A DNA stretch of 40,883 nt from NCBI GenBank assembly GCA_000320545.1, contig ADNK01001031.1:1-40883 (forward strand). Direction: 5' to 3'. The notes under the pieces were generated by a model. That model ran no database searches and was not told where the DNA came from. It saw nothing but the letters and a program-made list of their open reading frames with translations. Source of the DNA: Bigelowiella natans CCMP2755 (taxonomy: Eukaryota > Protista > Cercozoa). Position numbers and translations under genes: made by a program. Below, piece after piece: positions 36,527-40,883 of this stretch. Numbering within the stretch: position 1 is the first letter of the stretch; the number at the start of each line of letters is the position of its first letter.

Positions 36527-38652
36527 ATGGGGGACCTGAGTGCCTACTTCGAGAACTTCCCTCTCACAGCCTCTCTACGTCCAAAGCTCGCGGAGGGAGA
36601 GATTGAGTACTGCTTCGGAAATCATGGTCCACACACACCACAACGCCACCAGCATTCTAGCAAACACAACTGATATCGCGATGATATGCAATCCAGTGCG
36701 GGTATACTACCGCGACGAACTGGCGCATGAGAATGGGTCATGCTACCTAACAAGTCACAAGGTTGCATGGCTCAGCAACAAACGGAAGCAAGGCTCGAAG
36801 CTCCCCGTTCACATGTTCGCGGTGAGACTACCGCATGTGAAGTCCGTGGAAGGCCGCCGCAACCTCTTCAGCAGGTTCTAACTGTTTCCTTTGCAATGAC
36901 GGCAAAAAAATGTCGTTGTTTATGATTTGAGCCCCGCTCGAAGGCATGAATATTTGTATTCGTGAAAACAAATCACTACTTTGTAATTTATCAGTCCGAA
37001 GATTGTTCTCCACTTCAACCCGCAAAGCTCCTCCTCCTCTTCTTCCTCTTCTTCTTCGGATCCGTACATAAAGCTGTCGTTTCGCGATGGAATGCGCGAC
37101 AACTTTCTCGGGCATCTCAAGTCCGCGCTCGCTGACAAGGCCTGGGTGGCGGACAAAGGGACTAGTAGTGCGAAGAAGAGGGGGGCGGCAGCGGAGTTTA
37201 AGACAACGAGCGCTGGAATCCAAGGGCTGATCAAGATGCAAAAGGACCAAGCGCAGAGAGCAGAGAAGAACGTCGACGAAGCTTTCCATGACCTCGATGC
37301 GCTCATGGGCAAGGTAACAAGATGCGTCAAAATACCTTCAAAATACATCCCCCCCCCCCCTTCCTTCCTGCATATCACAAATCCCTGGTCGCTCTTAGGC
37401 AAGCGTGATGGTGGATCTAGCAAAGAGATGCTCGGAGGGAATGCGCGTTCGATCAGACACGAAGAAGGAGGAGCACGATCGCTTCTCTCTCATGCTCACC
37501 GACATGGGGATCCCCAACCCCGTCACCCGAAGCTCTGCTGGGAGCAAGTATCATGAGCAACTTGCTCGCCAGCTGGCAGATTTCTTCATGCAACGGCGCG
37601 GCGCCTCTCAAGAGGTGCGTACTGTTGGGAAATCTAATCGTTCTTTGTGTCATGACGCAGCGCCGGTAGCAGGGGGTAGTAGCAGGATTCGCGGGGCAGG
37701 GATGATTGTAAGTTGTGAGTTATGGGGGGGGGGGGCGATTTTCCCAATCTCTCAGCAACGACACGCAACTTAGTGAAAAAAAACCTTCTATTGCCAGACG
37801 CGATTGGCTGAGATCGGCGGCATCATAACACTCCCGGATGCGTACTGCCTCTTCAACCGCGCGCGGGGAACTGAGATGGTAGTAGCAGTACATTGAAAAA
37901 AAGTCCAGCCAACGCCGAGAAGTACACGACCGATGATAAGCACTAATGGAGGTTTTCAGCTTTGAAAGCTTCATGGCATTTTAAGCCAGAAGGAGACAAT
38001 AGCGCAACGCAGATAGCCTCCTCTTCTTCTCTTGAGGCATTGTTCTTTACAGGTCTCACCGAACGATCTGTTGGATGCCTGTCAGCTGCTAGAGCGTCTA
38101 CATCTCCCACTAGCCTGCCGCAAGTTTGACTCGAACGTTCTCGTGATCCAAGCCAAAGATCACTCCGACGAAAAGGTCGGTGTGATATATCCCAAACGCA
38201 AGGAAACCTCTGCCTTACGATGTCGTAGTAAATCCGGCAGCGATTTCTAAAGATATATTCGTTAGAAAAAAATTCGTTGGGAGCAGGATGGGATGATAGG
38301 AAGTAATTGATATATGCATAGATGACGTTCTTGCCTATGGTTTGGTCTCCTTTGTTGTTCGTAGATGATGGAGAAGGTTGTCGCCCACATAAAGTCGTCC
38401 GGAGCAGTGAGCGCAATAGATCTCAGCCGAGACCTCCGTAAGTTTACATCCCTATCTCGTATATTCGGGTCAGATTTTTTTTTGGGTATGGATTTAAGTC
38501 TGGGGTTTTGTGATACAGGGTTGTCGTTAGTGCTGGCGAAACATCATCTGTCCGAAGCTGAGAGGAGTCGTTTGCTGTGCCGAGATCAATCTTTAGACGG
38601 GATTCGATTTCATATCAACATGTTCGAAGAAGTTGCATTGGATACATTATGA
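36527..38652 (+). CDS. VPS36: ESCRT-II subunit VPS36/EAP45 (GLUE + EAP30 domains), multi-exon
   Basis: GSCYLTSHKVAW and KLSFRDG (GLUE), AGIQGL, EAFHDLDALMGK, DMGIPNPVT, YHEQLARQLADF, GGIITLPDAYCLFNRARGTEM|VSPNDLLDAC, RKFDSNVLVIQ and LCRDQSLDGIRFHINMF. Confidence 0.93.
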
Positions 38653-38669
38653 TGATATTTGGGAGTAAC

Positions 38670-39584
38670 CACATCACACAAATGTTGGATTGTGATGATG
38701 CAAATAATCGATGCTTCCTGGACGTGAGGGGCGTGAAATTGAATCGAACATGCACAGCATCGCAGCATGTGAATTCCTATCTGCTGTCGGGCGGCAATTT
38801 TGTGCAACAAGAGCATGAGTGTGTGCTAGGATCATCAAGTGCACCATGTCGCAGCAGACACCATTTCGTCCACACACTGTGTGCACCAGTATTGCACTGG
38901 CTAGCTGGTGGAGCAGCGCAGCGTCGTTGTCATGTTGTCATCGGCACCGCATCACGGACGGCAGCATGCCAGCATGCCTGGACGCGCTGCATCCCGTCGA
39001 CCTTGCATTGATGACTCCTTTTGTCATCGAGGAACACACCAGCAAAAAAGCAGCAAACTGTGTGGGAGACGCAAATAATAAATGATTGCATCGCAGCACT
39101 GCAGCAAGCACGATCGAAAGTTGGAAACGGGACACGCACAGACGCGCGTGTGTGTGCCAACTGTCTGGCTGCATGATCTGTCATTGTCAAATTGCAGACT
39201 GAAGAGCCACCGGTGGCCGTCCAGCCCGTCGTCGATTCCGTCGATCAGAACAGGCAATGGGACTGCGCATTGAGAATTCACGTGCTGAATCACCTCTGGC
39301 GAGGTGTGCAGAGCTAGAGAGTCAGAGTTGACAGCAGGCCACCATCCTGTCTGTTGGTCAGGAAAAGTCCCCATTGAAACACAAAAGAAAAATTGCTGAT
39401 CGACTGCACTTCCGAATTGGTGCATGGCACTTGCAAAGTGCGAAGAGGAAAGAAAGAATTCAACTTTGTTGTTCGATCTCCTTTCCAAAGTGTTGCATGA
39501 CACTCAAAAAACATTGAATTGATGAGGATCGATCCCCGCTAGCCTGTCGGGTCTTGATCCTTCCAGATTTCAGCGTCTCTAGAC
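38670..39584. other. Second TpA-depleted intergenic block
   Basis: 39082-39584 contains TA only as CTAG (3 sites). 38670-39081 has 5 non-CTAG TA and 2 CTAG. Confidence 0.85.
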
Positions 39585-39858
39585 TATTTTTCCAAGCAGG
39601 AACATCTTAAGCAGCCTTCCCCAACCCAAATGAATAAAAATTCCCTACATTCATCAAGGAGCGACTAAGAAATAATCCCAAAATTAACCGTAAAACATCC
39701 TTTGCTTTCCGTACGACAGCGACAAAGCTGTGGACGATCTGGCTGTTGTCTGCTTGCGCTGCCCGTCCAGTCCGCGCCGCCCTCCTGACCGGCGCCTATG
39801 ATTACCGTGTAAGAGGACGGACGCTATTCCCCTGAGGGGTGGTGGGGAGCGAGCGACG

Positions 39859-40575
39859 ATGGCAAGGACACGGATATTCCGACGTTGTGTTATCTTGCTG
39901 ACATTGCTAGCGCTTGCGGGACTCGACCACCTGCGCCGCTGCTTTGTGCCGCTGCATGGAGCTCCAGAAAGCAGGTTTGCGATTTCCATGTCCACAAATG
40001 CTAGACTTAATTTCACCTTCTCTTCCACTTTCCTTGTGCATCATCACTCCTCTCTCCCTCGGAATGATGCAAATCCGGCCTCCTCTTTCATAGTAATCAG
40101 CAGAACCCTGCTCTCTCCCTGGGCCTGATTTCTCTCGTCTCAATATCAAATTAGCGTATTGATGCAATTAACCATCTACATTGACAGGCCTTCTCCAACT
40201 CTCGTCGAGGAGGTCCACGGACGCGTGGTGCGCCGGGGCAGCATGAGGAGCAGTTTCGGGCATTTTGCGAGGAGGCGCCGGGGAGCCGTTTGGCTCCAGA
40301 ATCTGCGGCGATTGAGGGGGGGGGCGGATGGACCAGAGCAGATTATTTCCGGATTTAACAACGGCTTTGCCGACTACGATCGCAGCGCCGAGCCTCAAGG
40401 GCAAGAAGACGATGGTAGCAGGCCGAAGTTTGATGAGGGGGGCGAGCGCGGCGAGGGCGCTGAAGGAGGCCCAAGTAACGCAGATTATTGCGAGGAGGGC
40501 GATAGGGACGGGGAAGCCGGTGGGGGGGGGACAACGTGTACGCAAATGGATCTGGACTATGACGACGAGAGTAGA
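39859..40575 (+). CDS. 5' exons of a gene with signal peptide + Arg-rich transit-like peptide ending RLRGG, then an acidic region; product unknown, continues downstream
   Basis: Exon 39859-39974 reads MARTRIFRRCVILLTLLALAGLDHLRRCFVPLHGAPES. A phase-2 GT-AG intron leads to exon 40188-~40575, RPSPT...FARRRRGAVWLQNLRRLRGG-ADGPEQ...DLDYDDESR. Confidence 0.65.
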
Positions 40576-40883
40576 GTAAGGTGTGTGATGAGTGGAAGCT
40601 TGTGTCATCTCAGTGTGCGTGGGTGCGTGCGTGCAAGCGTGCGTGTACATATGCATGTGCGTTTGTTTTAAAGAGCTAGAAGAGAGAGAGAGAGGAGAGA
40701 GAGAGTTTCGGGGGAGGGTACCAGAGACATATCCGCGAAGTTAAATGGAAACTAGCAGCGTTGCAGAGTTTCCGCAATTTGTTGGGGATTGCGCGCTGTG
40801 TAAATCGTGTCGTTTTACTCCCCCCCTCCATAATACACCCCCTCCACACTAATTGTACTTTGTTGTCAGCTGCTGTTCGTCGT

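Noticed and set aside
35940-36539. 199-aa plus-strand ORF upstream of VPS36
   Set aside because: No recognisable motifs; it spans the divergent promoter/5' region and is out of frame with the VPS36 start.

Overview
Gene-dense, intron-rich eukaryotic nuclear DNA with microsatellite-filled introns. Bipartite signal+transit presequences point to an alga with a secondary plastid, most likely a chlorarachniophyte (inference). Genes read by hand: FEN1 (partial, -), DPH2 (+), PPDK (-), a PDZ + C2H2 zinc-finger protein (+), mitochondrial-type uL13 (+), a PhoD-family phosphatase (-), an AhpC/TSA (PRXL2/SelU-like) selenoprotein (+), an unknown multi-exon gene (-), an aquaporin (+), a C2H2 zinc-finger gene (-), VPS36 (+) and the start of another presequence-bearing gene (+). 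Four observations stand out. (1) Intergenic blocks, one holding a LINE-like remnant, have lost essentially all TpA except inside CTAG, suggesting a regional, context-specific A>G hypermutation process (a 'reverse RIP'). (2) A probably plastid-targeted selenoprotein has an in-frame UGA (UxxC) and a non-canonical SECIS. (3) Two presequences end in a ubiquitin-like (R)LRGG, which in FEN1 lies exactly before the conserved N-terminal GIKGL. (4) PPDK ends in the peroxisomal signal SKL. Exon boundaries were assigned manually, and several are approximate.
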